NCBI RefSeq assembly: GCF_004010195.1
Contig: NW_025214155.1
Coordinates: 1-39,860 of the forward strand
DNA length: 39,860 bases
Reading direction: 5' to 3'
Source of the DNA: Chiloscyllium plagiosum
Taxonomy: Eukaryota
The translations under genes and the position numbers were made by a program. This document shows, piece by piece, positions 22,330-33,911 of the stretch (the stretch's first letter is position 1; each line of letters begins with the position of its first letter). The notes under the pieces were generated by a model. That model had not been told where the DNA came from. It did no database searches and worked only from the letters and a program-made list of their open reading frames with translations.

Positions 22330-24070
22330 TCTCTTAAATTTGAACCCTTAGTTCTAGTTTCCCACACCAGAGGAAATATCCATCAGCCAAGCACTCTCCC
22401 CAAGATCTTATATGGTTCAGTATTAAAATCTATCATTCCCAAACCTGAAGTGTTCTGGCATTGTAGGGGTTTATAACATCATGAGGGGTATGGAAATAGT
22501 AAATTGCCAAGGAGATTTTCTGAGGTTTAGGGAGTCCAAAACTAGAGCACATAGTTTGAAGATAAAGGGGAAAGATTTAAAATAAATAAAACTGGTAATC
22601 TTTTCTCGGAGTGTATCGATTAAACTGCCAAAGGAAGTGTTGCCGGCTGGGAAAATTACATTTTAAAACCATTTGAATGGATTCTTGAATAAGAAGGTTT
22701 ATGGGCCAAGTGTTGGCAAATGGGACAAGATTAATTGAGGACATCGAGTCGTCATGGACAAGGTGAAACGAGAGATCTGTTTCTGAGTGTAAGGCAGAAT
22801 AAAGCCTTCTTTCTAGGAACAAGTACAATTTTACAATGCTTCCGAATCAATTGAGTATATTTATTTTTCAGTTTAGGGAATCATAACTGCACACAATACA
22901 TCAGATGCAGTAAAATATACTGATAGCCTTTGCATGTAATAGAATAATTCCATATACTTTCCTAACCACTTACCATATCTGCATAATTACTTTGTGTCAT
23001 ACATGTACCAGGATGCACAAATCCCTTTGTAGCACTGAGTTTTGTGATCTCTCTCCTTTTAAGTTGTTTAATGTTGTTTTACCCTATTGTTACAGCATAA
23101 ACTTCATTTGCGCAGGTTATACTGTTTTTGCTAAAGGTTTACACACTAACCTCCCTTGTCTCTACCCCCATTACAGACTCTCTACCTCCACTTGACATCT
23201 TATTGAATGAATGTCTTGGTGCCTGAACCAAATGAGCTCCAATCCAATCAATCGCCACATCCAAATCATTGACAGGTTCGAAATAGTTGTTGATCTTGCA
23301 CTGATATCGAAGGCACTCCCACCACGTTAAAGATTTCCAAGCTGAAATCAAACATTAATCCCTACTGTCTATTTCCTGATAGGTACCCAGGGTTCCCTGT
23401 TCCTGCGTAGCAGCTCAGAAAGGTTGGATGGCCTCCTCATGTGATTTGTAATGAACTCAAATCGCTGAATGACTTGATCATCTTCCTTTGTAAATCCTTA
23501 TATGGCAAAAAGGTCTCCTCGTGTCTCATTGCTGACGGGCTGAATTGGATCTTCCTCTCCCTCTGTAACAGAATAGAGGGTTTGAGTGAGAGAACAAGGC
23601 ATGGGTTCGGAACGGCAGGTGGCCATCCAGCCCTTCGCGCCTGCTACCCCATTTAGAATGTGCATTGTTGATGTGATTGTAACTAAACTTCCCTTTCCTG
23701 TCTGTTCCCAATAAACATGGATGCGTTTGTTCATCAATGATCTATGGAACTCAATTTTGAATGTTTTTAGTAACCCAGTCTTCATTGCTGCGTGGGCGTA
23801 GGAACACGACAGATCACACAAACTAAAGAGAAAGAAACATCCCTGTCTCAGTCAGAAATGGGAATGCCCTTATTCTTAAAATGTGTCCTCCCTCAAGCCA
23901 ATCACCACTCTTCTGACACAGGGACACAACAATTAGAAACAGATATAGGCCATTCAAAACTCAGACCTGTCCCAATTTCATTTAACAACCGATGATCAAA
24001 TACTTACCAAATTTAGCCTCAGCTGAGGGTAGATGAACTCCAGATTCCATAAGCTCATAAGAGTATAGGA
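22330..24070. mobile_element. Cluster of old CR1 3' fragments (22330-22440 minus, 22460-22790 plus, 22870-23380 minus, 23650-24070 minus) with 42-bp-like units at 23390-23600
   Basis: Recognisable CR1 3' motifs, e.g. tataacatcatgaggggtatgga...aaaactagagcacatagtttgaagataagggg. Confidence 0.55.
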
Positions 24071-24074
24071 AATT

Positions 24075-24840
24075 GAAACATAGAAGAATGCAGCACAGCC
24101 CTTCAGCCTTCGATGTTGTGCCAATCTTTTATTCTAGTCTAAGACTAAACTAAACTTCATACCCTTCATTTTATTATCATCCATGTGTCTATCCAAGAGT
24201 TGCTTGAATGTCCTGAATGTATCTGATTCTACGACCACCGCTGGCTGTGCATTCCACGCACCTGCCACAATCTGTAGAAAAGAAAAACTGTCTCTGACAT
24301 CTCCCCTCAGCCTTCCTCCAATCACTTTAAAATTATTCTCCCTGCGTGATAGCCATTTCCACCCTGTTAAAAAGTCTCCAGCTGTCCACTCTATCTATGC
24401 CTCATCATCTTGCACACCTACATTATGTAGCTCTCATCCTTCTTCTCTCCAATGAGAAAAGCCCAGCTCCCTTAGAAAGTCTCCATAAGACACGCACTCC
24501 TGCACAGGCAACATCCTGGTAAATCCTGTCTGCACCCTCTGGAAAGCTTCCAATTTCTTTCCGTAATGGGCGAGCAGAACGCAACACAATACTTCATGTG
24601 TGGTTTAACCAGGGCTTTATAGAGCTCCAGCATAATCTCGCGGGTCTTAAACTCAAACTCTCTTTTAACGAATACCAACTCACCATACTCCTCTTTACAC
24701 CCCTATCAACTTGAATGGTAACTTGGAGGTACCTACGGACGTGGACCCGAAGATCCATCTGTTCCTACACACGGCCAAGAATGCTACCTATGACCCTGCA
24801 ATCTGCATTTTAATTCGATCTTCCAAAATGAATCACTTCA
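24075..24840 (-). mobile_element. 5'-truncated CR1 LINE (HER1-like)
   Basis: EFKTREIMLELYKALVKPHMKYCVAF and GGRLRGDVR...VAGAWNAQPAVVVE motifs. Tail at 24075-24125. Confidence 0.9.
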
Positions 24841-25011
24841 GAAAATAGGAAATTGGAGCAGAATTAAGCCATTTAGCCAATAGGATCTGCTGTGCCGTTT
24901 GATCACAGGTGAAATGTTTCACAGCTGCATTCTTCTGCCTTCGTCAACTGATCAAATGGTTCCCTCATTAATGGAAAACGTATTTATCTCTATCTTAAAT
25001 AAACTACTTGT

Positions 25012-25125
25012 TCTGTGTGCAAGAGTGTGCATGTGTTAATGTGTAAGTGTTCATACCTGTATCTATATGTATTGTGTGTTTAATGTGTCTATGTATGTTT
25101 GTGTGTATCTCTGTCTGCATCTCTG
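25012..25125 (+). repeat. Degenerate TG-rich simple repeat
   Basis: Visible tgtg/tatg-rich tract. Confidence 0.65.
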
Positions 25126-25533
25126 TTCAACATGGCATTTGTAGTTTTTGGGGTAAATCCACTGAAATTGACACCAACACCCTCCCTTTTCCTCCATCTC
25201 TACTGTCTGTCAATGTTAAGTGTAGAGCCATACAATGCCACCCTCTGCTGGCCTCCCTGTGCAAAAGTCAGATTGTTTTCTCTCTCAGATGACATCAAAT
25301 TCTATGAATCTCTCAGATTGCACGGCTGCTTGGGTTTTCAAGTAACGCCTTTTTAAGCACAGAGCAGTTTCATCTGATACCTAGTGATATCGTTCCTGAG
25401 ATTTTCCCAACATCACTGGGTCAGTTTCAAGACTTTTCAATCCTTTCTCACTTATAATTTGTAAGAGTGCATTACAGAAGATTTCAAGTTCAAGAACGTG
25501 CAATAAATGCATTTCATCACTTTACAAATGTTT

Positions 25534-25780
25534 CATAGAACATAGAACAATACAGCACAGAACAGGCCCTTCGGCCCACGATGTTGTGCCAAACATTTGT
25601 CCTAGCTTAAGCACCCATCCATGTACCTATCCAATTGCCGCTTAAAGGTCACCAATGATTCTGACTCTACCACTCCCACAGGCAGCGCATTCCATACCCC
25701 CACCACTCTCTGGGTAAAGAACCCACCCTTGACATCTCCCCTACACCTTCAACCCTTCACCTTAAATTTATGTCCCCTTG
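25534..25780 (-). mobile_element. Young 5'-truncated CR1 3' end
   Basis: catagaacatagaaca tail and little decay. Same tail type as 33180-33200. Confidence 0.9.
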
Positions 25781-26014
25781 TTTCAGTCGACCTTCATTGG
25801 ATGCAGTTGCAATGGAAATACTCTTTATTGTGGACACTCCGTGTCACGAATAATCTTGCAAGACAAATCACTTCCACGTTGTAGAAGGAGCGCAGAAATT
25901 ACTCTACATTAACATTCTCCACTCTTGGGAGGGGAGCTCATATCCTGCCACTTTCAGCATGGGCTGCAAGTTTCCCCATACTGGGCAGTGATCTAACACA
26001 ATATTCCTGAAAAT

Positions 26015-26230
26015 TGCACTGGGGTGGTGTGCAGAGTCCTCAATTCTGGGAGGGTAACTGCTCCTGGTTTACAGATCAATGCAATAGGATGGTGTACACA
26101 GCTCTTCATGCTGGGAGGGTAACTTCCAGCTTTCCAGATCAATGCACTGGGGTGATGTACACAGTCCTACATGCTGGTATGGTAACTGCTCCAGCTTTAC
26201 AGACAATTCACTGTTATACACTGCACAGCT
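26015..26230 (+). repeat. ~64-bp minisatellite (3+ units)
   Basis: Unit starts at 26015, 26080, 26143 and 26207 share tgcactgggg...ctgggagggtaact...ctttacagatcaa. Confidence 0.8.
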
Positions 26231-26385
26231 CCCCACGGAATGGTGTGGTCCGCACTGTCTGTACAGAGCACTGGGTTGTATTGAGCAGTACACCTGGTCT
26301 GCACTGTGCTCCATGCTAAACGGATATCTCCTCTGGATTATGATGTCTGATTCTGTGAGGCGGATTGGGCATCTGATGTAATTGA
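26229..26385 (+). pseudogene. Decayed CTLD-like exon remnant
   Basis: After cacag: LPTEWCGPHCLY...YTWSALCSMLNGYLLWIMMSD, resembling CP..W...G.HCY...TW..A..C...G.L...LWIG.SD with deletions. Confidence 0.4.
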
Positions 26386-26574
26386 CCATTTGAGATCATG
26401 TCTCAGCATATTTATTTTATGTTCTTATTCTTGTTATTGGACGCTGCCCCCAAAGTCTGATATCTCCAGCTAGTCCTATTTCTCTGAGAAGAGCCACGTT
26501 TATTCAATTTGCCAGTCAAGTAATCATCAAATTATAACATGAATATCCGTCCTTCTGTACCTTAACCTAGCAGT

Positions 26575-26760
26575 TGGTTATCATATCCCTGGATTCCCAT
26601 GGACATCATTATCAAGCTCCAAAACAATGTGCAAGATGCATGGCTTGAGCTCTCCTGTATTTTCCGGCTGTGTGTCCCAATTTGCTCCTTAGTGTATCGA
26701 GAGCTGGCATTGTGAAGCCGTGTTTGTTCAGAATGTTTCCTCCCATGGGGCATCTAGGAC
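26575..26760 (+). pseudogene. Decayed CTLD-like exon remnant
   Basis: Across frameshifts: YPWIP/HGHHYQ, QDAWLELSC, NLLLSV, EAVFVQNV, in the order expected for a CTLD N-terminal half. Confidence 0.45.
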
Positions 26761-26777
26761 ACCAGACACAATGCTAA

Positions 26778-29600
26778 TGGTTACACAAGGGCCCTGACCA
26801 AAATAGTCAGTAAGTCTGCGCCTACACGGTTCAAAAAGGGCCGCCACAACCTATCAAAAAGTTCCATTTTCTGGTGCATGATAATTGTAACGAAGTCCAG
26901 GGGGATATGCTCCATAACTATCCTACACAACCCCGAAAATCCTGGGGGATTTTCCGACACCACCACATCAGAATGCTCTTTCTCGCACAAAATGAAAGTA
27001 TGCTAAATAATTTCTTCCCAAAGATGCGTGATTTGACAAACCTAAGAGGCGGGACATCAGATCTATCTGGACCTCGGTTCCCAAGACCCCTTCCAAAACA
27101 CTCGCTATAGGGCCCCAATACCTACGAAGATTGTGGCATGATGTGATATGCGTACTAACATCTGCTTTACATTTGGGCACTTTGGGAACGCTCCGTTCTT
27201 AAATTTGGCAAGCCACTCCGATGCCAAATAAACCCTGTGGAGTACCTTCAGTTGCATAGCTTGCGTCCTATTGCAAATCGAAATCTTCCAGACATTCTTC
27301 CCAAATTTCTGCCCACTCCTCTGGTGAAGATATCCACCGCCAATTGCTGAACCCAAATTCCACACAGCTGCTTGATGTCCTTTGAGACAGTACCTCCGAT
27401 CAAATGCTAGAAAGTGCTGACTGAGAGACTGCACGTGGACTGAAGCACTCTCACCTCCATATTCGACTTTTGGGAAATAACCATGAATGTAGTCTTTTTT
27501 TCTGTATAAAAAAACCTAATCTCCTAGATAGCTCATATTTCTCGCTCAGCTACTTGAAAGGCATCCTGCCCACCATGTCAAATAAATCTACCAAACAGGA
27601 AACTCCTCTGTACTCCCAGAATCCATCAATCCTACAATGGGAGTAAAAGGGGAAGTGTTTTCTTTTGTAAATTGCCTTCAATTTGTTGCATCATTCTCCA
27701 TGCTTTAACTGTGTTAAGGACAGCTGGATTTCTGCAATGGAACATAACAGTTCGCATCTTGCCCATGAACACCAGATTAATGAGAGGACATTTTGCCTGG
27801 GAGGCATCGATGTCCAACCACATTGACCGCGCGTCTTGGCGAGTCAAATCAGCCACATAGGCCAGGAGGGAACTCAATTGGTATTTGGTAAAGTGTGTAA
27901 AACCCACATCCCTCAGCCCCTGCGGAAGCTGAAATTGGGTGAGCTCCACAAGAGGCCGCCTGTGATGCCAAATAAAAGATGCAAGCCGACTGCAAAGCTC
28001 CTAATAGGTTGCCTGGGCAGCATCAAAAAGCGCATTTGCATGAGATATAAAAACGGGGGAATACATTCATTTTGACAGGAGCTATTCTACCCAACCAAGA
28101 TATCGAAATATCCTCCCAATGCTGAAGGTCCTGCCTTATGTTCTCGAGCAACTGCAGGAAGATAGATTTATCTAATTAATTGAAGGCTGGTGTGATAAAA
28201 ATGCCTAAATACATGAAAGCTCCCTCTGGCTATCTGAAAGGGAATCGGACTCCACCTCCAAGACCAGGAACTCTAATAATACCCCCGACAGGCATGGTCT
28301 TCGATTTCATGAAATTGATTTTATAGCCCAAGATCCAAATTCATTAATCACTTGGGGCACAGATATCATCGAGTTAGTTAGAAAGAGAAGAACGTCATCT
28401 GCATAAAGTGTGATCTTATGCCATCCTGATCCTACCGCCAGGGCAGTAATATTGTGGTCCCTCCGGATGGGCTTTGCCAACTGCTCGATGACCAATATAA
28501 ATAATAACGGTGAAAGAGGACAACCTTAATGGCTGCCTCTGCCATTGTTAAAATTGTCAGACCTTATACCTGAGTGAGATCCGCTGCTTTGTAATTATAT
28601 AAAATGTCATCCACCTGGCAAAGGCCCCTTCAAGGCCAAACTATTCCAGGATGTAAAAGAGGTACTTCCACTCCACCTGGTCATATGTTTTCTCTGCATT
28701 CACTACCAAGCCTGGAATCGACCCTTGCTGGCACACCTGAACCATATTAGCACTCTCCTATTATTATTAGATGACCTATGACCCCCTAATAACACATGTC
28801 TGGTCCTATTTCATAACGAAGGGCAAGACCTTCTCCAGCTTCAACGCCAGCATTTTCACCAAAATATTAAAGTCCACGTTTAATAAAGATATAGGCCTAT
28901 ATGAAGTGCAATCCTCTGGAGAATAACATAAATATTTCTTTCTCTCAGAGAGGATGGGAGGCAGGCCTGACCGTATGATTAATTGTACATATCCAACATT
29001 GGCCCAGCCAGCATCTCTATGAACCCCTTATAAATATCTCTCTAAAATCCATCTGGGCACGTTGCTTTACCACTCTGGAGCTGCGTCGGCGTCTCCAGTA
29101 TCTTTTGGATTGTCAGAGGGGAATTAGAAAGAGATGCCTGCTCTGAAGTTACACCTGGGAAGTCCAGGTTACTAAAAATGGGCTTCATCATCGACAATCT
29201 GTCCTCACAGTCCACTGACTGGAACAGCCCAGAAAAGAACTTCATGAATGCTGCATTAATCTTTCTGGGATCGCAGGTGCTAGTAACAGCACACTCCCAA
29301 ATGGATGTGATGGATTGGGGGCACGGTACTTTCTGGACAAGTATGCAGATCTCTACCCGGATGATCACCATCCTCGAATACCCTCTGTTTTGCAAACAAC
29401 ATCGCTGTCTTTGCTGTCTGGGTGAGCGTTCAGAGAAGCCCGGAGCATTGTAATCTGTTGCAACTTGGGTCCAGACGGTCTATCAAAATATGCTGTCTCA
29501 ACTGCGGCTCTCCCTTCTACAGCTCCGAGTCGCTGAGTAAGAAATAATCAAATCCCTTGAATAATTTGGCCAACAGCTGATATAGATGGTTCTTCTGAAT
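26778..29600 (-). mobile_element. 5'-truncated L1-clade LINE ORF2 (RT plus C-terminal cysteine-rich region), decayed
   Basis: QLQSGKATCPDGF (about 29045-29085), KITLYADDVLLFL (about 28380-28420), QLKVLHRVYL...CPKC (27170-27255) and terminal FDRLWRPFL (about 26830-26860). Confidence 0.9.
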
Positions 29601-29834
29601 GAGTAAAGCTACTCCTCTACATCTTGAATTAAACGATGAAAATAACACCCAGCCAAACACTCTCTTCTGTTACTTTAAATATTTCTTATCAGTTAGATGT
29701 TATTTTTCTTGCTACCTCGACACTATCCTTTCTAAGGCTTGAAAGCATCAGTCGGTGAGTGACTCCCCTTTTACCGTTCCAGACTCACCATTTAAACGGG
29801 CGACTAGCCATAGCCATTCAAAACAGTCCATGGC

Positions 29835-30190
29835 CACACTGTGAGGAAGAATCCCTTTCAATGGCCGTACCTCTTTTAATGAATTCGACTGGGACAACAC
29901 AACCATTATAGGGCAAGCCAAACAGAGAACACCCAGGGAATTCCTAGAGGCATGGCACTCATCCACAGACTCTATCAACAAACACATCGACCTGGACACA
30001 ACATACCGGCCACTACAGCGGACAGCTGGAACAGAAAACCGGAAGCGGCAGAGACAGACCACTATAAATGCCGGAGAAAACAGCACAGAAGCGCTTCACA
30101 GGAGGCTCCCAAGCACTCAGGATATCACCTCGACAGGGGACGAAACGTTTGCAAGACAAATTCCCAGCTCGGCGAACAGAACCACAACAA
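29835..30190 (+). mobile_element. PLE 3' end (second family)
   Basis: EFDWDNTTIIGQAKQRTPREFLEAWHSSTDSINKHIDLD from about 29881. Degenerate hammerhead-like ctcaggatatcacc...ggggacgaaacg at 30116-30147. Confidence 0.85.
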
Positions 30191-33100
30191 CACAAAGGCA
30201 TTTTACACTTACGTGAGGAATAAGAGAATGGTCAAAGAAAGAGTAGGGCCGATCAGGGAATTTGTGTGTGGAGTCTGAGGAGGTAGGGGAAGCCCTAAAT
30301 GAGATTTTTGCTTCTGTCTTTACGAAAGAAACGAACTTTGTAGTGAATGAAACCTTTGAAAGGCAGGTGTGCATGCTGAAATGGATAGAGATAGAAGAAG
30401 CTGATGTGCTGAAAATTTTGTCAAACATTAAGATTGACAAGTCGCCAGGCCCGGACCAGATTTGTCCTCGGCTGCTTTGGGAAACAGGAAATGCCATTGC
30501 TTCGCAACTTGCGAAGATCTTTGCATTCTCGCTCTCCACTGGAGCCGTACCTGAGGACTAGAGAGGGGCAAATGTAATTCCTGTTTTCAAGAAAGGAAAT
30601 AGGGAAATCCACAGCAATTACAGAGCCGTAAGTCTCACGTATGTCGTCTGCAAGGTGTCAGAAAGGATTCTGAGGGATTTATGACCATCTGGAAGAGCAT
30701 GGCTTGATTAAATGCAGTCAACACGGCTTTGTAAGGAGCAGGTCATGCCTCACAAACCTTTTCGAGTTCTTTGAGGATGTGACTAGAAAATTGATGAAGG
30801 TCGAGCTGTGGATGTGGTGTATATAGACTTCAGCAAGGCATTTGATAAAGTTCCCCATGGTAAGCTCATTCAGAATGGTCAGGTGGAATGGGATTCAGGG
30901 GAACATAGCTGTCTGGATACAGAATTGACTGGTCAACAGAAGACAGCGAGTGGTAGTAGAAGGAAAATATTCTGCCTGGAAGTCTGTGGTGAGTGGTGTT
31001 CCATAGGGCTCTATCCTTGGGTCTCTAATGTTTGTAATTTTTATTAATGACTTGGATTGGGGGATTTAAGGATGGGTCAGCAAGTTTGCAGATGGCACAA
31101 AGGTTGGAGGTGTCGTTGACAGTATAGAGNNNNNNNNNNNNNNNNNNNNNNNNNNNNNNNNNNNNNNNNNNNNNNNNNNNNNNNNNNNNNNNNNNNNNNN
31201 NNNNNNNNNNNNNNNNNNNNNNNNNNNNNNNNNNNNNNNNNNNNNNNNNNNNNNNNNNNNNNNNNNNNNNNNNNNNNNNNNNNNNNNNNNNNNNNNNNNN
31301 NNNNNNNNNNNNNNNNNNNNNNNNNNNNNNNNNNNNNNNNNNNNNNNNNNNNNNNNNNNNNNNNNNNNNNNNNNNNNNNNNNNNNNNNNNNNNNNNNNNN
31401 NNNNNNNNNNNNNNNNNNNNNNNNNNNNNNNNNNNNNNNNNNNNNNNNNNNNNNNNNNNNNNNNNNNNNNNNNNNNNNNNNNNNNNNNNNNNNNNNNNNN
31501 NNNNNNNNNNNNNNNNNNNNNNNNNNNNNNNNNNNNNNNNNNNNNNNNNNNNNNNNNNNNNNNNNNNNNNNNNNNNNNNNNNNNNNNNNNNNNNNNNNNN
31601 NNNNNNNNNNNNNNNNNNNNNNNNNNNNNNNNNNNNNNNNNNNNNNNNNNNNNNNNNNNNNNNNNNNNNNNNNNNNNNNNNNNNNNNNNNNNNNNNNNNN
31701 NNNNNNNNNNNNNNNNNNNNNNNNNNNNNNNNNNNNNNNNNNNNNNNNNNNNNNNNNNNNNNNNNNNNNNNNNNNNNNNNNNNNNNNNNNNNNNNNNNNN
31801 NNNNNNNNNNNNNNNNNNNNNNNNNNNNNNNNNNNNNNNNNNNNNNNNNNNNNNNNNNNNNNNNNNNNNNNNNNNNNNNNNNNNNNNNNNNNNNNNNNNN
31901 NNNNNNNNNNNNNNNNNNNNNNNNNNNNNNNNNNNNNNNNNNNNNNNNNNNNNNNNNNNNNNNNNNNNNNNNNNNNNNNNNNNNNNNNNNNNNNNNNNNN
32001 NNNNNNNNNNNNNNNNNNNNNNNNNNNNNNNNNNNNNNNNNNNNNNNNNNNNNNNNNNNNNNNNNNNNNNNNNNNNNNNNNNNNNNNNNNNNNNNNNNNN
32101 NNNNGGTTCCCTATGGTAGGCTCATTCAGAAGGTCAGGAGGAATGGGATACGGGGAACTTAGCTGTCTGGATACAGAATTGGCTGGCCAACACAGCGAGT
32201 GGTAGTAGAAGGAAAATATTCTGCCTGGAAGTCTGTGGTGAGTGGTGTTCCACAGGGCTCTATCCTTGGGCCTCTACTGTTTGTAATTTTTATTAATGAC
32301 TTGGATGGGGGATTGAAGGATGGGTCAGCAAGTTTGCAGATGGCACAAAGTTTGGAGGTGTCGTTGACAGTATAGAGGGCTGTTGTAGGCTGCAGCGGGA
32401 CATTGATAGGATGCAGAGATGGGCTGAGAGGTGGCAGATGGAGTTCAACCTGGATAAATGCGAGGTGATGCATTTTGGAAGGTCGAATCTGAAAGCTGAG
32501 TACAGGATTAAGGATAGGATTCTTGGCAGTGTGGAGGAACAGAGAGATCTTGGGGTGCAGGTACATAGATCCCTTAAAATGGCCAACCAAGGGTCGTTAA
32601 GAAAGCACATGGTGTTTTGGCTTTCATTAACAGGGGTATTGAGTTTCAGAGTCGTGAGATCTTGTTGCAGCTGTATAAAACTTTGGTTAAATCGCACTTG
32701 GAAAACTGCGTCCAGTTCTGGTCGTCCTATTACAAGAAAGATGTGGACCCTCTCCAAAGGAGGTTTACCAGGATGCTGCCTGGACTGGAGGGCTTATCTT
32801 ATGAAGAGAGGTTGACTGCGCGCGGACTTTTTTCATTGGAGAAAAGGAGGAGAAGAGGGAAACTAATTGAGGTATACAAGATAATGAGAGGCATAGATAG
32901 AGTCGATAGCCAGAGAATATTTCCCAGGGCAGAAATGACTAACACGAGGGGTCATAGTTTTAAGCTGGTTGGAGGAAAGTATAGAGGGGATGTCAGAGGC
33001 ATGTTCTTTACACAAGAGTTGTGAGAGCATTGAATGCGTTTCCAGTTGTGGAGGCAGGGTCATTGAGAACATTTAAGAGACTCCTGGACATGCATACGGT

Positions 33101-33200
33101 CACAGAAATTAGAGGGTGCATACATAAGGATCAGTGCTAGGCACAACGTCGTGGGCTGAAGGTCCTGTTCTGTGCTGTACTGTTCTATGTTCTATGTTCT
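30190..33200 (+). mobile_element. Relatively young CR1 LINE ORF2 (HER1-like), spanning an assembly gap
   Basis: [47 protein letters not shown] and LYKTLVKSHLENCVQFW motifs. (tgttcta)n tail at 33181-33200. Contains frameshifts and stops. Confidence 0.95.
31130..32104. other. Assembly gap (N run)
   Basis: Continuous Ns. Confidence 1.
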
Positions 33201-33203
33201 ATC

Positions 33204-33339
33204 CATGTTCTAAATTGCCCATAGTGTTAGGTGAAGGGGTAAATGTAGGGGACTGGGTCTGGGTGGGTTGCTCTTCAGCGGGTCGGTGTGGACTTGTTGG
33301 GCCTAAGGGCCTGTTTCCACACTGTAAGTAATCTAATCT
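33204..33339 (+). mobile_element. 3' half of an HE1-like SINE
   Basis: taaattgcccatagtgttagg...gggcctgtttccacactgtaagtaatctaatct matches the ends of the SINEs at 33518 and 38241. Confidence 0.85.
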
Positions 33340-33407
33340 CAACATCAATGCCACCATTTGGTGACAGAGGATATATATTGTGGATGAGGTGAAAGTTTTC
33401 TCTTTCA

Positions 33408-33510
33408 GCAGAGAGCTGCCAGGTGAAACCATGTATTCTCAGTATAGCAGGATTGCCGAAGATGTACATGGCTCTGTTGGCTCCCCATTTAATAATGAGG
33501 AGATCTAGAG
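33408..33510 (+). pseudogene. Possible decayed CTLD-like exon remnant
   Basis: Strong acceptor ttttctctttcag, then ESCQVKPCILSIAGLPKMY, weakly like SCQ....LLSI....E..Y. Confidence 0.25.
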
Positions 33511-33517
33511 GAAATGT

Positions 33518-33728
33518 GGGTGGCACGGTGGCACAGTGGTTAGCACTGCTGCCTCACAGCGCCAGAGACCCGGGTTCAATTCTCGCCTCAGGCAGGTCAT
33601 GTGAATTGGCCATGCTAAATTGCCCGTAGTGTTAGGTTAGGGGTATGGGTGGGTTGCGCTTCGGCAGGGCGGTGTGTACTTGTTGGGCTGAAGGGCCTGT
33701 TTCCACATTGTAAGTAATCTAATCTAAT
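33518..33728 (+). mobile_element. HE1/V-SINE-like SINE with internal deletion
   Basis: A box tggcacagtgg, B box ggttcaattct and a (taatc)n tail. It lacks the central segment present at 38315-38405. Confidence 0.9.
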
Positions 33729-33767
33729 GAAGGAAATGAAGAAACTCTCACCCCATTAATGTTACAG

Positions 33768-33880
33768 TGCGCCCATGCAGAGAGCATCCTGTTGATGAAT
33801 ACTCACTGCCCTGGCAGATGCCACTGCATCTTCATTCAGACGCAGTCAGCCATTCCCATCGTCTTTGGCTCTCCATTCGG
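33768..33880 (+). pseudogene. Possible decayed CTLD-start exon remnant
   Basis: After ttacag: PCREHPVDEYSLPW, then with a frameshift CHCIFIQT, resembling linker-C...PW...HCY.F. Confidence 0.25.
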
Positions 33881-33911
33881 AAAGAAAGTCTCTTGGACCT
33901 TGAAACACGGT

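Noticed and set aside
25289..25341. Small candidate exon (ttttctctctcag ... gtaacg; DDIKFYESLRLHGCLGFQ)
   Set aside because: Splice signals are plausible but there is no recognisable domain motif, so it cannot be supported without homology or RNA data.
26015..26230. CRISPR-like repeat-spacer appearance
   Set aside because: Whole units are homologous with no unique spacers, the context is eukaryotic and no cas genes are present.
33518..33590. tRNA-like sequence (also 38241-38310)
   Set aside because: These are SINE heads with A/B boxes followed by SINE body and tail, not tRNA genes.
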